NCBI GenBank assembly: GCA_964106915.2
Contig: OZ066919.1
Source of the DNA: Podarcis gaigeae
Taxonomy: Eukaryota
Direction: 5' to 3' (one strand)
DNA length: 64,000 bases
The notes beneath the pieces were generated by a model that was not told where the DNA came from, did no database searches, and saw only the letters and a list, made by a program, of their open reading frames with translations. The position numbers were made by a program, and so were the translations under genes. Shown here piece by piece: positions 61,201 to 64,000 of this stretch; position 1 is the stretch's first letter, and each line of letters opens with the position of its first letter.

Positions 61201-64000
61201 CCTTAATTTGTTTTTGGCTTGATTATCCATATTCTTAACTAACATTTTGGTTTTATCTTTATATATTTTTCTGTGTTTTCATTGTCCCTCATTTCCCCAC
61301 TTCTCATTTAAAAACGTGCACAGGGAGTCAGGGGGTCGGCGTGTTTTTGAATTCTATGTAGTGCCCACTTCGATCAGCAGAATCAGCACCACTAATTAGT
61401 GCCACATCAGACCCGTTTCCCATTTGTAAGGACTCCGTCATTGAGTGTGGCAACGCTTTGGAGCCCGTCCTCTTTTCGGCGCCTGCGAAAAGTGTTCCTG
61501 ATTAGACAAGCCCACCCAGGTGCACAGAAAGTTGAGGTAATTTTAATTATTTTGGTATGTTAACCTTTGTACCTTTTCAAGTATATGTGTGAATTTTTAT
61601 TGACTTTACTGTTTTATCTCTTGTAAACCGCTTTGAGGGTGTGTTTTTTTATTATCAAGTGGTGTATAAATTTTATTAAATAAATAGGGTGAAGCAAGGT
61701 GCATATGCAGCCTGGCTCATTGCTGTACAGCACTTGGAATGATATTAATTAAATATCATTCAGCTGCTGGAATGATGCTAATAAAATTGCAAGTGTTATT
61801 TCTGACAGTGCTGATAACTGATTTGGGAGAAAGGCGAGGGAAGGTGTGAATGGCTCCTGGCCTTTATTGACCTGAAGCAGCTGCTGCAACACTAAGCAAG
61901 TTACAGTACATTAGGATGCAGTCTTAAGAGGGTCTGCTGTGCAATAGAATGAGTAGCATGATCTTTTTTCTATACTTGGTTCTTTAAGTACTCCCAGTGG
62001 GCCTGCTTAATGGACCCCTTTAACTCCTAGAACTGATCTGGAAAAGGTAAATAAAGGCAAATAGCAATATATGCCTGGTCTGGAGCAAAAGAAGCCGGCC
62101 AGGTCCCTGGGGGCAAAGGAAGAGGCCCTGGAGCAGGAGACAGGTTTGTGATCCACTCAGCTAGAAGCAAAGCTGGCATCCAATTATGAATTAGCTTTTC
62201 TGGTCTTAAAGCATTTAAGCCTCTGCTACCTTTTCACTGGGTCTTTATTCCAAGATATTGTCTACATTCACAGTCTCTATCAGTTCTTGATCCTGAGTCA
62301 TCATCAATAAATATAAAGTCACTGCTTGTGCTGATTTTTGAGGCTTGCATTGCTAACCTATACATGTTTTTAAGGAATGAAATCCCACTGAGATGAATAG
62401 GCCTATATGTGTATTTATATGTGTGTGTGATTATACCACTTTATTCTAGGGAAGCCTATGCATTTTACTTTTCTGAAGAGGGCCTTGGGGGTCTCCAGTG
62501 GGAATTTGCAGCACCCCATCAAAATGCACCTGGCACTATCATTGTTTGGGGCACCAGGCTCAGGGATTTTAGCTACTCAGGCCTTTGGTAGTTAAATTAA
62601 CCTCTACTGTGGTGTTCCTACTTAAATGGGGTGGGATAGGATTTGTCTTTCTTATTGTGGCATTGGATGAACATTTTAGGAATCTTGTATTGTACATTGC
62701 TTTAGATGGGTTTGATTTTTATCTGTCTGTATTCTATCTTTTTGTACAAAGCAATTAACAAATATAAACAATAACAATGCAGGGAACAGCCATTCTGGTG
62801 CCCCGATGTTTTTGAGTCAGGGATTATGAGAGTTATAAGCCAACAACGTCTGGAGGGCAACACATTGACTATCCTTGATGTAATGGCTTTGTGTGTAATA
62901 AAGGGATGCCACGGCATATAGAAGGAGTCTGGTGGTTCTGTTCCTTGTGTTAATTTCAAATCATGGTAGTTTTCTCCACTACAGCTACAGTCTGTAAGGA
63001 TTTGTGCCATCTAGCCAATGTATGATCTTGGGATGTTTTCCACTGAGTTAATGATAACCAGGCAAGCTTTATAGGCATAGTAAAAACTATGGTAGTTCTG
63101 TTTATAATATCTTAGATTTTTTGTCATCAAAATAATTCAGCAACATTAGTTTTGGGCAACAGCTAATAATTTCTTTATAAATGTTAATCATTTCTTCCCC
63201 AGCCTCAACTTTTTATTCCCATTTAACAGCTGTGTTACATAACCAACAGCAACAACAGCAAAAAACCCCTACAATTCCCCACTCTGGAGATACCCTCATT
63301 TGTGATAATAGCAATTCCCACACAAGAAAGACAGTCATTTCTATAAATTGTTTTCATGAAATCCATATGTTAGTGTAAACCCCAGGGCAGCTTTTTTCAA
63401 CCTCGGGTCCCCAGATGTTGTTGGACTATAATTCCCATCATCGTTAGCCAGCCTGGCCAGTGATCGGGGTGATGGGAGTTGTAGTTGAATTGCACCTGCG
63501 GACCCAGAGGGGAGAGAGGCTGGCCCAGGGACCGGTCCTCAATTTTCTGGTGCATTTGTAAAAGACATGTCAATCATTTATGCCAAGATTAAACTCCAGA
63601 AATTATTAAATGAATGTACAATGCTACAGTTAACGATAGTACGTGCCAGTTTCCCACAAACTCTCCAGCAGGTGGGCGAAAACATTTCTGATATCTGTAA
63701 TGGAGTTTGATGTCATCCCAGAGCTACAAATTCTCCGAGTTGCCTGAGAAGAGGGATTGATTGTGAAACCCTTCTGGGAATTGTAGCTCTGTGGAGGGAG
63801 CAGGGTCAGCCTAACAACTTCCAGGACCCTTAACTACACTTACAAACAACTCACATTTTTGCAGTGAATAATGTAACTGTTTTTAACCTAAAATAAAAAC
63901 ACTAATAGATGCTAATTCTTCACCATCTCTATCAGTTTCAGAAAGTAACAGCAGATGGCAGTGTTGTAACACCAAATGACCAGACATCCTCATGGATAAA

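Noticed and set aside
58200-64000. Search for exons of a further FMO paralogue or another gene
   Set aside because: No FMO motifs or convincing coding exons; only repeat fragments and isolated donor-like sites (e.g. ~61537)

Overview
Vertebrate nuclear DNA from a squamate reptile, judged from Sauria SINEs, BovB/RTE, L2 and lizard-type MITEs; a lacertid lizard is likely but is an inference. Two genes diverge head-to-head. (1) PRRC2C lies on the minus strand: CpG-island promoter and non-coding exon 1 at ~34.7-34.8 kb, ATG at 26885, and 16 phase-consistent coding exons (5035 nt) running off the left edge. (2) A complete, intact FMO4-type flavin-containing monooxygenase lies on the plus strand (8 coding exons, 39580-54457, 552 aa). 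Introns and intergenic DNA are dense with transposons, many with readable TIRs and TSDs. The least ordinary items are: a 519-bp snap-back (inverted-repeat) insertion of unknown, protein-coding-like origin flanked by a perfect 16-bp duplication; a SEL1L retrocopy keeping only the 5' end of the mRNA; a Penelope-type minimal hammerhead ribozyme; a 2-codon uORF ending 1 nt before the PRRC2C start codon; a promoter-like solo LTR just upstream of FMO4; and a composite 1.9-kb hAT element inserted 20 nt after the FMO4 stop codon. Comparisons with human genes are from memory, not from searches.
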